DNA of 64,000 nt, from positions 503,221 through 567,220 of the forward strand of contig QZKH01000003.1 in assembly GCA_003598025.1 (NCBI GenBank), read 5' to 3'. The notes beneath the pieces were generated by a model that saw only the letters and a list, made by a program, of their open reading frames with translations, ran no database searches and was not told the origin of the DNA. A program made the position numbers and the translations under genes. Positions 48,101-53,554 of this stretch are shown here, one piece after another. Position 1 is the stretch's first letter, and the number at the start of each line of letters is the position of its first letter. This DNA comes from Candidatus Omnitrophota bacterium (GTDB lineage: Bacteria; Omnitrophota; Gorgyraeia; Gygaellales; Profunditerraquicolaceae).

Positions 48101-49809
48101 TCAGATAACTGTAATCTATCTAACTGCGTCTGGAGCTCTTTAACCGAATAATATCTGGATGCCCTGGCAATCCAGTAATTCACCAAGAGTCTCCGAGCTT
48201 CCGGATCAGAAATACTGTTTATAATCTGCAAGGTATCAGGATCATTTAAGATATCCTGAAGCGGGAGCCTCTTATCCTTAAGAAGGGCAAAGTAGGTATT
48301 TTCCTTCTCCTGGCTTGATTTGATGCTAGGCGCAACCACAACATAAGAGATATCTTTTTCTTTTAGGATTGAAGTGAGGCCTTGGGTATGGAAACCACCG
48401 GCAACTATAATGACTGAATTTGAGCTGTAATCGCGGTTTAGACGGTTTAAAGAATTGCTGACTATGGCATTATCCCTGTCGTGGGCAAGACTGTAGAATT
48501 TGTCTAATGAGGCTATCTCGCTGTCCCCGGGAAGTGAATTTACGGCAGAGGAATTTGTATATCTTCTTAAAAGACTAGCTATGGCCTTAGAATTAAAAAC
48601 CTCACGGTTACCTTTAAAGTATTCATAATCCTTAGGCGATAAGTTTATATTTGAAAGCCCTTTTATGATCCTGATTATTGAAGAAAGTTGCTCTATATCC
48701 CTTTCTGCTGAGGTAGCAGTAAGCTTATCTTTTACTGCTTCAGCGAAAGCATCAATTTCTTCAAAGACCTTGGAATTATCCAGGTTCTCAGAAACGGATA
48801 AATACTTAATATAGGTAAAGAGATTATTATAGGTGCTTACCGGAATACCTGCTTCTTTGGTTAGTTTCTCAAGGTAGGAATAATATTCAACCGGTGTGAC
48901 TTTATTTGCCTTAAAATCAAGGCTGTTTTTAACCAGCTCTTCAAGGTCTTGCTTGGAAAGCGCCTTAGTGAGTGAATCAATTAAATCCTGGCGCTCGGCT
49001 TCAGCTTTATCAAAGTTAATTTTATGCTCAAGTTCTTGGAGATTAATGATTCGGGAAAGATTAGGAAATTTTGATAAATCAACGTTTTGTATTATAGACG
49101 CTATATTAAGGTAAGAGATATATTCCTCTAAAGAGATTCTCCCCAGCCTGAAATCTTCAGTTCTGCCGGTAAATTCCCTCAAGTCCTTGGAGTAATATTT
49201 ATTTTTTAAGGTATCAATTACATCCTCAACTACCTTTAACGACCGGCCGAGCGAATCTGAAAAACTCTGGTTCTCCTTAAAGGTGTTTAAGTGGCTGGCG
49301 TAAAGCTCTCTATCCTCTGCGCCGAATACCTTCGGCGGTTCATTCTCGGTAATTAAAAGATAGTCTGTCCCTGAAATAAAGGATTTGGAGAGGAAATATT
49401 TGGCGATTTTTTCCCTTACCTTTTTGTCTTTAGGGAAAGACCTGAAAAAATCAGCGTCAAAATCCCCAAAACCGCCTTCAACTGAAACTAGATTAATTTT
49501 GTATTTGTCTTTTAGGTATTTTACGAGGCTTGCTTCATTAGTCTGCGCTTCCACATTTGCGTGGGCATCCTGGATATGGATAACCAGCTTATGCGGATTG
49601 TATTTTGAGGTATAGGATTCTTTGATTACACCGAGCTCTTGGGGGATTTCAACGGAAGGAGAATCTTGCGAGGCGCGCTTGTTCTTGTTGCTGAAGACCT
49701 CTCCTGCGCCTGCCCAGGTTAGGTCATAAGAAAAGAATGTAACTATCAAGACAATACAAATTGTCCTGATAAATATTCTTAATTTAGTATGCTTCTGCCA
49801 GTCCAACAT
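30184..49809 (-). CDS. Giant multidomain surface/membrane protein (6,541 aa)
   Basis: Single uninterrupted 19.6-kb ORF. N-terminal signal/TM and several TM clusters; HETTH (HExxH) motif; TPR block; about 65-aa internal repeats (SRNxxEFxxW); duplicated about 150-aa domain; tandem about 40-aa repeats; about 900 aa of coiled coil; M20/M28/M42-like zinc peptidase motifs (AHMD, DDKAG, TAEEET); HAD motifs (FDLDKTL, VGDD); Pro-rich linker. The plus-strand ORFs inside it are antisense artefacts. Confidence 0.85.
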   Translation of the reverse strand: MLDWQKHTKLRIFIRTICIVLIVTFFSYDLTWAGAGEVFSNKNKRASQDSPSVEIPQELGVIKESYTSKYNPHKLVIHIQDAHANVEAQTNEASLVKYLKDKYKINLVSVEGGFGDFDADFFRSFPKDKKVREKIAKYFLSKSFISGTDYLLITENEPPKVFGAEDRELYASHLNTFKENQSFSDSLGRSLKVVEDVIDTLKNKYYSKDLREFTGRTEDFRLGRISLEEYISYLNIASIIQNVDLSKFPNLSRIINLQELEHKINFDKAEAERQDLIDSLTKALSKQDLEELVKNSLDFKANKVTPVEYYSYLEKLTKEAGIPVSTYNNLFTYIKYLSVSENLDNSKVFEEIDAFAEAVKDKLTATSAERDIEQLSSIIRIIKGLSNINLSPKDYEYFKGNREVFNSKAIASLLRRYTNSSAVNSLPGDSEIASLDKFYSLAHDRDNAIVSNSLNRLNRDYSSNSVIIVAGGFHTQGLTSILKEKDISYVVVAPSIKSSQEKENTYFALLKDKRLPLQDILNDPDTLQIINSISDPEARRLLVNYWIARASRYYSVKELQTQLDRLQLSEEDQKAVSLALEEISPINKPVQLEETVPATIPKQENPIKQAPTIQQGPGLVERFAQLILSMTGKIKSVVNIKNISTGIVAVALYLYSPLAASSFDKGSENKIVSFEFSAAQRNMIKEEVSYVSRRMVPEISQHKVDEIVSNTIPFRKYTQEEIRGWVKTANRNMLLALSGIPAFFGFACLLEMVVWYFFTGAFDPSVAKVFIQLGTFGPLLFYAVGGKLLNHFSSKSLYHSQTLDYQHGGSVEPEYKKIVVALREHLSDDYLKEIIAHETTHYLRSYGRYINDGEGAYLASAVGFLRLLELQTNPEQFLAANAKDTADKAEELAAALKSGARPQDTPGIADLMAEYKSGLENYKYGKVIGCVAYGLSVKTNNKENSWKFLRFLAQGIDIAEAFNAVLTGAEIKPKAAGNSGTLLEKFASFAASLKPKAKEAKFIEQRIAGGKQEPTVTFSAPAAQEKPAAIKAKPEIKASIPRFAIPKIKINLRPFLTAISVFTLSLYFSTTALGQDNSASSKIFASFSDVFTHGVTIFLAIAGTIGYFAYRIIKKISSKGKTPVQEVAPVVIEPTIVTTFSRPQVARPVASIISNPQGIQPNHNLPVTMRQELENRIQQLSGSIAQGSKDALARSFRPVGPGELPLPMPLSMLNQDTSDRDKVIHILENMQRMMDGTDEKVLRDFERAIDNARDRVTEQALDQYEGLSDEALYRLLTDGYIAELEREFQRIIENQIQHMIRFHAPSTEEQTLYVSEEINERYGRLPRYLKWILTNNPQIENDPLVQEWINTIERRMSQIPAFPEMMTGYSKVALNKSLYLNPEIARRVLLYLAKKASQDIEVTEGDVRREIQAELARNLPEDVIEGQVVVTEEESISELPPAPQARALPAPNMGEAESKRARLKALTDDYNQFLVKFREQEGTIAKVQTDLRELSEGLEEAKRQNDRIVIEALQPAVDGLTSKLRKVKEKLGRLEQEKARYEEQINSLRRELGETGGTTLYALDPLSIGVVAVFTVLFGPPLYITKKILNKWFNTTAGKTLGMTAAVGSLVAGYYAYFVNLTPKIQEVFTNPKEADWPILATLLIAWPVSIVSGILGGKVGKGISHERLYWRANSEFKKGNIDEAISLINQAIKLNSKNAVDYNLLAECQRKKRRFDDAITSYRKSLEITPNNSTTYNNLGVVYVEKGDDVKAIESYKRSLELDANDQIVLANLGRSLHKKGQLLEAVRAFQRAQEIKPDSSVTEELNAILQQTGNISKSQRPQDLEYAKTLSESLKIEKERGWIGQLSYDDNLTAVAWLGAVVAWILGGIFLYYVPYGHHWELGTSDKPATLGYVVWIGEIVVAPLLGAGLSVAGVWVSEKVTSVVKTVYRFLTFPLTYRKLQKVNLLLSDELSDRDISSVAPVYARMSKEYLEKIFRSWMEAGQEEKIARLFKFGNWKSEKTRIYGDIGEYKRVSRVAATKFATTAQEQKVIFDGIDREKEKLTQKGANNAVGLIKDILPQITEQSRNRDEFWHWLTLVVSLPKNILDQGQRQVLAVFTDLREFDCAQEESLNKFGTNQEAAARARAAINGLIQKLERDGLNYPGILKKALAEINKASRNLDEFLFWINEVMQFEKQSWSSGEFLRLLQNLIAYVRAKEEASGKFCHNSQETSQLFQTVDSLRQELKRRGVTADVYILMTIIPKVTEVSRNLTEFFEYINFLKAFDDNFWKGVNGYGPAGALNVIIVQAGFKQAKENAAAKFTQDDSSRQKFLSDIDNLKNQLSQKSIRHLPGMLEDSNSSDLLKNILSELTKTCRSKEEFIYWLTELIGLNASVWGGGAQAVINNFNDLAGFKQAKEMALDKLCTNQQEKDDLGRIIDSLKAKLEEKRPSCAGLIKDVILEILKDIDTLANQPYRKNDFVWWLTMCVNFEAQTWAAGTKQVLSGYQELKNYIVKRRELSARFTTNPEEQQRLTAVWDNLDKTANFTKPATISLLNNTIDKIANVAINPREFVFWIGSLSELKPEVLEVFCRDIATTFDYYKSKGKDRDFNHLPAVLNQYYKAYRQLVLITPDLLDILTDSSIDTDKRVEKAYQYIVGQKIVKLGAPSNLAGLRDAVSFDELIRAVGGEDTIRSFIQEFSPVRKAMEKMGRDGVYSYAESQKPAYYRRFLDEATGLKPGFNQPGEKFRVSCIGEIVKWSREEEAQVMPISDTVQALRQLIQYLRMEWPNLYDNFIEPKRELIKGRPLEEFVTSDTVSKMAQQLLGKVQNWQQFSEQQRAVFTLKIMEILAFSETAELRAQINSATDDFNKLRTVVQYWQRVRELILKNKWLQEKSKFYSSVSKFIEQKKSTINNKLDEKGKQILQFHLSGGTLADFFKGFVSQDCTKNTDGDYPHFLDTQAFVMDPACFLFKVIEENRWVGNIYTFAFKDKNGKFYLFLDMFQLNESHLLVTNGEGKEEIRKEFAARFVREFMNYLGSQGFDYLLISSDPAQRGIKDALRKAAREKSGQNETAVFKLKKLGGTEFFSEAGVSEEFVQTINGNSISNDFQDVSGYRIELDKTTPQVIQQRQKDLDYLEKLLGEMSSEETRLASLSKERREELTQLNRRGQEAANSGKNAVALALKEASDQKTAEAQKIEYELGELRMKIREKKDELGHIGVELGLGTGRGSSPALGVRLASFIPLGIFSSLLFANKAQAQDFSSGDWLYNPLTPLVFVAGVAGFIGLVCYIFYKLFPHKPDRDSYYETEYLPRPVLQEYKLPEDLRTQLAQVLSKISAESSELVPKNIDIRIPFEVGISRNQAVKALGLLYSSLIKHGSIIDFFKDKSFYHNFKQRAKELSLTDDFDQPQNKSYFFSVPKEKIRYEEDRRAEEFIGQYLNRIRRTQIGTADELLERIHQERSRLLRKELYKGATPTDLYTYYQLLLSYVSLQSKAKLDEVNDLLSEKNYLGALSVLEEFFRIDIGGETISLEENASLKDALNRVLQKEIEDIRWQFNRCTSFQANKQQVIREAKDIQFELRLSERTADDILRGVASGDCTSINGSAFYNTIPQFMFDPGLLVFRVIQDDKWVGNVYTIVGEKDSEPVLIVDAIQLPVWGRSWPVSVKEISDKVLEKVVEYASSQGFSQVLMSSFISNFNAIHDHFDQKYPATAQEIEKTTGFEHLKALGLWDNYAARNEYLETFSPHWNYSLKRVDPNNPRQTLLLRNIWQRNTPKETQEIQPVDSGEGTVLEKPAPAQENNPVSSPVQANSQPVKKNTPKQGHSFRNFCTGFLLAAALLLSSGCATAFNSRIGPLTIHSRTEVALSQPKPHEASLSVSGNIELGEKAKKQETAKTPEVKKAPKGVELRSQGNMRVGPLTGDISPKVGLSDVPQEEAPISLSAKASLGEKVKQNKSDTEGVELATEAKVRLGPATAQVNPKVGLSDVPEGQKPLDLSGKVSVEETGKDAVSQEKAPAREEAKPKPAQVDQAQDNAPDTQQIITQISEQIKSIQAELDKIRQTDSNLKIEVSDLKAQLAGAQKQLQQLKETQKLPEEVTQLQEKKADYERQIATLEAQQQQAQEELNRILAEKEKAAQEVKHLQSQPPRIQQKIDNLQGEVRQLETQKKQGEQNLTQLQSQKSVLENNVNQLTQDKDKLQQNLSGLRQQISEAKTVLDEAKIKSEPTLKNIWISLPWQGKLGIILLGLTGIGILAGGIILWRRWSRFKNLSDRVKGLQQQADDLERQLSSQRKEKEDLAAEIEQKKTQAADLEAGSKKQEDELKKITDELGRLREEHQRVQDELVQAKEVKNNIIEELDARIVELKSQVSQKEQESATLSSQAETITTTPRPETQTVKISDADIDKSVEFLKALPSKEMQRLLRSEKINVKDRIRFLHDELGLDIVNGHGRSLLLRNPDTLRNQKAFLEGLGLPLTVTNLASSKRGFAKKELTQIIKHPEWQELTSEEKLSVVSHLYDIYGLRISWLLRDNDWYQLLHTFNLPGEPINYTPRSIDFIQRYEWARFQKFHNVTQTKYRLSKIKEVITILDLKVINLLSTKTTPEGFELYAVKPEVLQGQIEYNKQDYPLPKTPFPIEALEGAGEKPDDVVAVEPQDAAVIPQLQTKVSSLKEEIAGLEKTIAALEEERSQKSAQAGQQIQELTQQKEKLTQEIIQLEKDLEAKRQSLSLAAAQEEEATARFKEERTNYEQAIQGLKQKIDAYQEELKVLEQQKEKARQELTALQDTSAAKAQIEALNKQLQEAEENLRKVKEETTALNAQKKQLEEDAASFQTRKDGLQKEIAALNQKMQELTQAITSLETEKDALARQETERAAQIKTTQLDQQIESLIRQKDELSQQTTALQNEIKAKQKELSLSISEAEEKARVIKEEITNLTQELTSLREEREKLKAETTGLKGVQQDVESKKQELLSLGKEKQNLQEEIRGLEAQRAALKENVDRTQQELEEARRHVQETQEATQAQAQQKQQVLSEEQKRLQEQLDAQRQDIQAQINALDEEFARKKQEHAAELSRLEQEKAGVKAELDSLVAERDKARQELDGINAAAAKLNEERERLLLVLRGLDVQRGLLQETITELKEEEAQLKKEIEVLKKAEEIKPVADTLLAKARAISKEVSSLYLHEKARSQSVDTFVSLIRQRSPTGSEEAIRQQLKDALTAMGARVVLECGPQCGSSDTPKNLVVEFPGTGRFSKEPGFIINAHMDTIPSSTPEDMNISDQIKGFYHKQDRSFGADDKAGLTVLFEALRFIKTNYWDKGADRRRIVFIITAEEETPFEGARHLGESHPELFKNVLFSLTSDGPLDYAIPDPDNSFVVVVSGQDSQKKPYSDIINTVREIAVSKGRKIELTREGLGMGDFVHFPNHANAGLHIRSPYEGNHSHEKVKVKNLIDHVDLWIGLMLKYSCGIDDIIPKAPNTSGLPKAMIFDLDKTLSRTLRTVPPEILEQLRGFLKAKIKIAIITAQSTEETKTYLIEPLRSLLKNSGDSEELLSSLYIGPSEGSQLWQFYTQGQFKAVLLDDATMGRAPFDTEAHRKELQEIIRSAIKEVVNPKGNIPVLGPILTQDPGVTFIHNRDISLTLGIKESTSADQKKELIERIKRRIPGSWQLDILVSGGGTIHIVSKGVDKAAAVGMFRNYLPQDIQPRQILIVGDDFGPSGLDRRMIIPGAKVYSVGAKHNIPEEVEFYDQGGEHGWQRTLHLLANRIKSDFAGAAKGKGMFSPDEHMDVNEVITAAQREGRGSLIWGDASGWKDNCAKYAQDIAWVISSLKRYPSVQIPRLGRVDIPEILSIANIVLIVPHNNSPPGLLVNNENAYQIAHNGLSNNSIYIDQLTYEQLYTFEVAVLLAHEAILLGAKKLAARKGIPWTEQLAKDVSRLAEEYEIKIVGKSEKGKGSRFDERIEEILDFNKPKLKQVRPIIEEPPVYEPELERPKPVTPSPQPIPQPKPQEKKPQAPNNNFSLDFPDTRDSVIEGLRKLFFDNMFRDTTNLPAKFGDFPPPMAREIKESYELGKIKGMPLDPDFLVALTVFFSRIFPNHANELIDYLRTLNIYIIDNGRSTFGATLSGNTFYIQRSCLEDLLGRPVTVEEINQGIKNRDKQILVALFRIIVHEVGSAFYKLSHPADQELERLFMGLLFKTSVTLPPGIEQEFRTINTTINLGNLPRVDWASKKARSIEQEQQIRLNDADLVMLLREVDSKLINSLYSPSREIRNNAAIALAKFGAVEALPFLRLLFEKEPDNQAVSDAIKVLEDKFNRENTEKLKIKTADPFAGALFSVNENNDLVLSNSAIQAINMLCIGYDGMTLEIDVDTLIDTSKGTPQLKGLGFREALASLYQAQEKKQIPENIRVRLINIDPALNRDKIVKILGLTDDLLKSLVTIPDIPQDYIIKSLEPYLIAGSIRIIFEDNIRYWGKKVDVLVKRGEETKTLSSLGLIVAGLAKEPKFYEQLPKELKEYIVAKTDETGKVQLDDEGKIKQLIFKPIEKSKVDTQYLDKLDKANKELEGMV

Positions 49810-50011
49810 CCTTTTAGTCTCATTTTTTCACTCTCGCAGGATTTGGACTTTGTTAAAGTGCTTAAGAACTGCTCAAATAAAAAGCCGAACTGATCCGACC
49901 CAAGACCTTTCGTTTCAGTCCGGCACATTCCTTATTTTAAGGAATCCGTGGCAATGCCGTAACTCTTGAAAAATTGTTAAGCAGGTCCTCCTCCCGCTTA
50001 ACAAGAAAAAT

Positions 50012-50731
50012 CTATGTTTCTTTCTTCGCAAGCGAAGATAATTTTTGCACTATATCAACAAGCCGCTCTTTATGTTTTAAGACCGCTTTTAAGATATCCG
50101 TTGTTTCGGCGAGGCGTTCTTTCTCACTCTTCTTTTTATTTAGGCCTTCCTCTTCATCAAGTGTGTAGAGTTCGCATTTATTGATGATATCGCTTGAAAT
50201 ATTTGAGAGATCATGAGCAAGGCGCCTTAAAGAAGTATCTTCTCCCGGCTCCTTAGACATTATTACTTCGAATTTGACTGCCTTTGGATAACTGCGCTCT
50301 AATACTTTTTTAATAAGAACTTCCAGCGTATGAATATCTACCGGCTTATGTACAAAATCTACTATACCTAAATCAGCTATATCCTGCATTTCTTGTTCAG
50401 ACAGGACTGCGCCTGTGACCATGGCTACTTTTGTGTCTTTATCGGTTTCACGCAAGATTCGTAAGACATCCTTACCCTCTAGGTTGCCCTCAAGCTTCAT
50501 GTCCAAAATAACCAAATCGGGTTTATTCTCTTTAATTAATCTAAGCGCTTCCTCTCCGGTACTCGCGGCAGAAACCGTAAAGTTACGCCGCGAAAAATGA
50601 TTAACCAAAGACTCGCGTATATCAACTTCATCATCCACAACTAATAATTTTGGCTTTTCTTCCATCTCGCCTTTTATTATACTGCATTTTCTCATAATTG
50701 GAACTGATTTTGACTTTAAGTCCATGGGCAA
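50012..50731 (-). CDS. Receiver domain protein with C-terminal helical region containing a HisKA-like H-box (RRLAHDLSNISSDI)
   Basis: Receiver motifs (LLVVDDEVDIRESL, ILDMKLEGNLEGKDVL); the likely true start is MEEKPK at about 50665. The C-terminal region carries AHDLSN, resembling a phosphotransfer H-box, but no ATPase domain. Confidence 0.65.
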   Translation of the reverse strand: MPMDLKSKSVPIMRKCSIIKGEMEEKPKLLVVDDEVDIRESLVNHFSRRNFTVSAASTGEEALRLIKENKPDLVILDMKLEGNLEGKDVLRILRETDKDTKVAMVTGAVLSEQEMQDIADLGIVDFVHKPVDIHTLEVLIKKVLERSYPKAVKFEVIMSKEPGEDTSLRRLAHDLSNISSDIINKCELYTLDEEEGLNKKKSEKERLAETTDILKAVLKHKERLVDIVQKLSSLAKKET

Positions 50732-50893
50732 ATAAGCTTATGATTAATAATCTTGCAAAAACGGAATATGCTGCATAAGCCGCAGTGCTGCGGCACAACA
50801 GTATTTTTTAATTGCCGGGTATAATGCGAATTCACCTGGACAACCAAAGTGTCGAATTCCTCTTTTGAATGGTTTTCTTTTTTAATCAGGGCT

Positions 50894-51082
50894 TCAATTA
50901 TTTCCATAATTTATAAGGTTAGAGAAGTTAAATAAATCTAAGATGCTGCGGTCCACCGTTGTGATCCTGTCTTCTCTTTTCTCGCGAATCACTCTAAAGC
51001 TCCCTCCGCATTCGCACTTCAATACTTTTGGCGCCGCGGTATAACCCTCTTCGCCACAGATTTTGCATTTGACTTTTACCAT
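50894..51082 (-). CDS. Small zinc-ribbon protein
   Basis: CKICGE...CECGG: two Cys pairs; 62 aa. Confidence 0.4.
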   Translation of the reverse strand: MVKVKCKICGEEGYTAAPKVLKCECGGSFRVIREKREDRITTVDRSILDLFNFSNLINYGNN

Positions 51083-51299
51083 CGCATCTTTCCTTTCTCC
51101 GTGGCAAAAAGAAAAATTTAAAGCGACCTAGAGGCTCCTGCGAGAGATTAGGGAATTTAATATCTCTTTTGGCAAGATATTATCCCCTGGTACATCCCCC
51201 AGGTCGCCAATTTGCTCGCGCGAATTCTGCTTAGGCATAATCCTTATGGAACCGGCCAAACCGATTAAGAAAGGAAGATGCTTTGTAGCTTCGCATGTA

Positions 51300-51764
51300 T
51301 CATGAATCAATTTGTGTATGTCCATCTTTCTCCTTGTTTGTTATTTTCGCCAACATTGAGTCAAGGGCGCTAAGAGGAACAGGTTTTTGCATAAACTCTG
51401 AAATATTTAATCCACTGAATTGCGGATCCTTTTGAATATCTAAAGGGTAACCGGATATCATAATAACTTTAACCGATGTATTAAACTGCCTGACTATTTT
51501 CAATAGATCTGCTCCGCTCATGCCAGGCAAGTTCATGTCTAGAATCATTAGATCTGGATTCTGTTCTTTAATAACAGTGATTGCTTCTTCCGGAGCATTT
51601 GCGACCAAAGCATCGTAGCCTTTACGTTTTAAATGAGAAGCGGTGTATTCGCAGACTTCTTTCTCATCATCCACAATTAAAAGTTTTAATTTAGCTTGAT
51701 CCATTTTGGCTCCTTTAAGTACCTTTTTTAACTTACAGCAGAAGTATAACACACACTTTATCAT
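51300..51764 (-). CDS. Stand-alone CheY-like receiver protein
   Basis: LLIVDDEKEV and ILDMNLPGMSGADLL; likely start at the internal MDQAKLK (about 51704). Confidence 0.8.
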   Translation of the reverse strand: MIKCVLYFCCKLKKVLKGAKMDQAKLKLLIVDDEKEVCEYTASHLKRKGYDALVANAPEEAITVIKEQNPDLMILDMNLPGMSGADLLKIVRQFNTSVKVIMISGYPLDIQKDPQFSGLNISEFMQKPVPLSALDSMLAKITNKEKDGHTQIDS

Positions 51765-51886
51765 TTGTCAAGGTTTACTGATAAATATGATAAATAGATA
51801 TAAATATCTGCTATACATAGTGTTATAAGATAATACTACAAAAGGTGCAAATATTATTTAACATATATTTTATCTTTATACAATAA

Positions 51887-52507
51887 ATGATAAAATTTCT
51901 CTTGACAAAACAGGTTCTTAAAGATAGAATTAAATTGGAGGATTTAAAGGTGAAAATTCACGAAAAGATAAGATTATTGATTGATGAAAATAGGCTAAAC
52001 CTTGCTGTCTTGCATAGAAAGGTTAAAGAGTTATTTGGAGACGAAGCCATTACGTATTTAACTCTTTACAGGACTGTGCATGGACTCACAAAAATAAGGG
52101 AATCCTCTCTCTTCCAAATCGCCGCTTCTTTGGACATAGCTCCTATAGAAATAAAAAAAGGAACTGATGAGGATATTGAAGTTGACCGCTATGAGTATTC
52201 CAAAAATGCCTATTTTGATGTCTTGACTAAAGACGTGGATTTCCTGCCCATAAAGTTAGTGTTACATCCTAAAGCAAAAACGCTTACTGAGCAGGATCCA
52301 ATTGAGAAAGGGAATTTTATAAAATGGGTTTACCCGCAGCGCGGAGAGATTACCTGCGTAATTACTACTGAAAACGGGATAGAAAGACACGAACTCCAGA
52401 AAACCTCCAAGCCTTTCTGGTTCAAAAGCACCTACCCTCACTATTTTGAAAATACTTCAAAAAGAAAATCAACCTGCCTGGTTATACAGTCTCCTAAATA
52501 CAGATAG
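51887..52507 (+). CDS. Putative HTH (XRE-like) + cupin-like domain regulator
   Basis: One of the few plus-strand genes. The N-terminal helix-turn-helix-like segment (LNLAVLHRKVKELFG...YLTLYRTVHGL) and a beta-rich C-terminus are compatible with an XRE-cupin architecture. Weak. Confidence 0.35.
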   Translation: MIKFLLTKQVLKDRIKLEDLKVKIHEKIRLLIDENRLNLAVLHRKVKELFGDEAITYLTLYRTVHGLTKIRESSLFQIAASLDIAPIEIKKGTDEDIEVDRYEYSKNAYFDVLTKDVDFLPIKLVLHPKAKTLTEQDPIEKGNFIKWVYPQRGEITCVITTENGIERHELQKTSKPFWFKSTYPHYFENTSKRKSTCLVIQSPKYR

Positions 52508-52525
52508 CATTATATAGGTAAGGAT

Positions 52526-52918
52526 TTAAGGCACTACCGGATGGTATTTGTTTATGGCTTTAAGCTTCTCCTGGATTTTCGCCATGAGTAACTTTAAAGC
52601 AAGTGGTTTGGGAATATATTCGGCACCTAAGTCCTGGATTTCTTTTGAAACTTCGGCACTATCCCACTTTGTGATCACAAAAACAATCACATCTGGAACT
52701 ATTTTTTTTGCTTCTTTCAAAACTTCTAAGCCTGAAATCCCTGGCATCTTATAATCCAAAAGCATAAGGTCGCAGCCATTTTCTTTTAGATGCGTCAAGG
52801 CCTCGTAACCGTTGGAAGCCTCATAAAGCTCACAATGGAGCCTTTCTGAGATAAATTTATTCAGGGTTTGACGCAATCCATCTTCATCATCTGCAATAAT
52901 AATCTTTGGTATATTCAT
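52526..52918 (-). CDS. Stand-alone CheY-like receiver protein
   Basis: IIIADDEDGL, LLDYKMPGISGLEVL and K in YIPKP. Confidence 0.8.
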   Translation of the reverse strand: MNIPKIIIADDEDGLRQTLNKFISERLHCELYEASNGYEALTHLKENGCDLMLLDYKMPGISGLEVLKEAKKIVPDVIVFVITKWDSAEVSKEIQDLGAEYIPKPLALKLLMAKIQEKLKAINKYHPVVP

Positions 52919-52940
52919 AACATCCTCCGGCTTATCAAAC

Positions 52941-53300
52941 TTACTTATAAATCAGCTTAGCCACCACTCCCTCAAGCTCAAGCATATTAAAAGGTTTCTT
53001 GATATAATTATTTGCTCCGAGATCCTGCGCTTCCTTACGCGTCGATTCATCGCCAAGAGCAGTGAACATTACCACAGGCGTTTGCTTGTCATTTTCTCTT
53101 ATGCGCTTTAGCACTTCTAAGCCGTTTATGCCAGGAAGTTTGATATCCAAAAGTACGACATCCGGCTTGTCCTTTTCAAAACTTACAAGGCCGTCTTCTC
53201 CGGTAAAACTGGCCAAAATATGACAGCCTCTTGTCTTGAAGAAACCTTTCAAATAAACAACCGTCTCTCTATCATCATCAATAATCAACAATTTTGCCAT
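52941..53300 (-). CDS. Stand-alone CheY-like receiver protein
   Basis: LLIIDDDRETV, LLDIKLPGINGLEVL, YIKKP. Confidence 0.8.
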   Translation of the reverse strand: MAKLLIIDDDRETVVYLKGFFKTRGCHILASFTGEDGLVSFEKDKPDVVLLDIKLPGINGLEVLKRIRENDKQTPVVMFTALGDESTRKEAQDLGANNYIKKPFNMLELEGVVAKLIYK

Positions 53301-53302
53301 AG

Positions 53303-53554
53303 TTATTGAATCTTCCTTTTAATCAAGTAGTCAAGGATATCGGAAACTTTCCTTATTTTTTCTGCATCCTCATCGGGTATCTCGATTCCGTACGCCTCTT
53401 CCAAAGCCATAACCAACTCTACGCTGTCTAAGCTATCCATCCCGAGTTCTTCGGTTAAATCAGAATCGATTTTAACCTTGTCCTTATCCACCCCTAATTG
53501 CTCGGAGATAATGGAACTTACCTTAAGAAATGTAGTTTCGTTATATGGGCTCAT
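53303..53554 (-). CDS. Acyl carrier protein
   Basis: 83 aa; LGMDSLDSVELVMALEEAYGIEIPDE is the phosphopantetheine-attachment DSL motif. It overlaps the upstream gene by 4 nt (operon). Confidence 0.75.
   Translation of the reverse strand: MSPYNETTFLKVSSIISEQLGVDKDKVKIDSDLTEELGMDSLDSVELVMALEEAYGIEIPDEDAEKIRKVSDILDYLIKRKIQ

Noticed and set aside
30191-49615. About 40 plus-strand ORFs (60-170 aa) inside the giant gene
   Set aside because: All are antisense to a single long uninterrupted ORF and have a low-complexity Ser/Leu/Phe-rich composition typical of the reverse strand of Glu/Lys/Gln-rich coding sequence. They are treated as artefacts.
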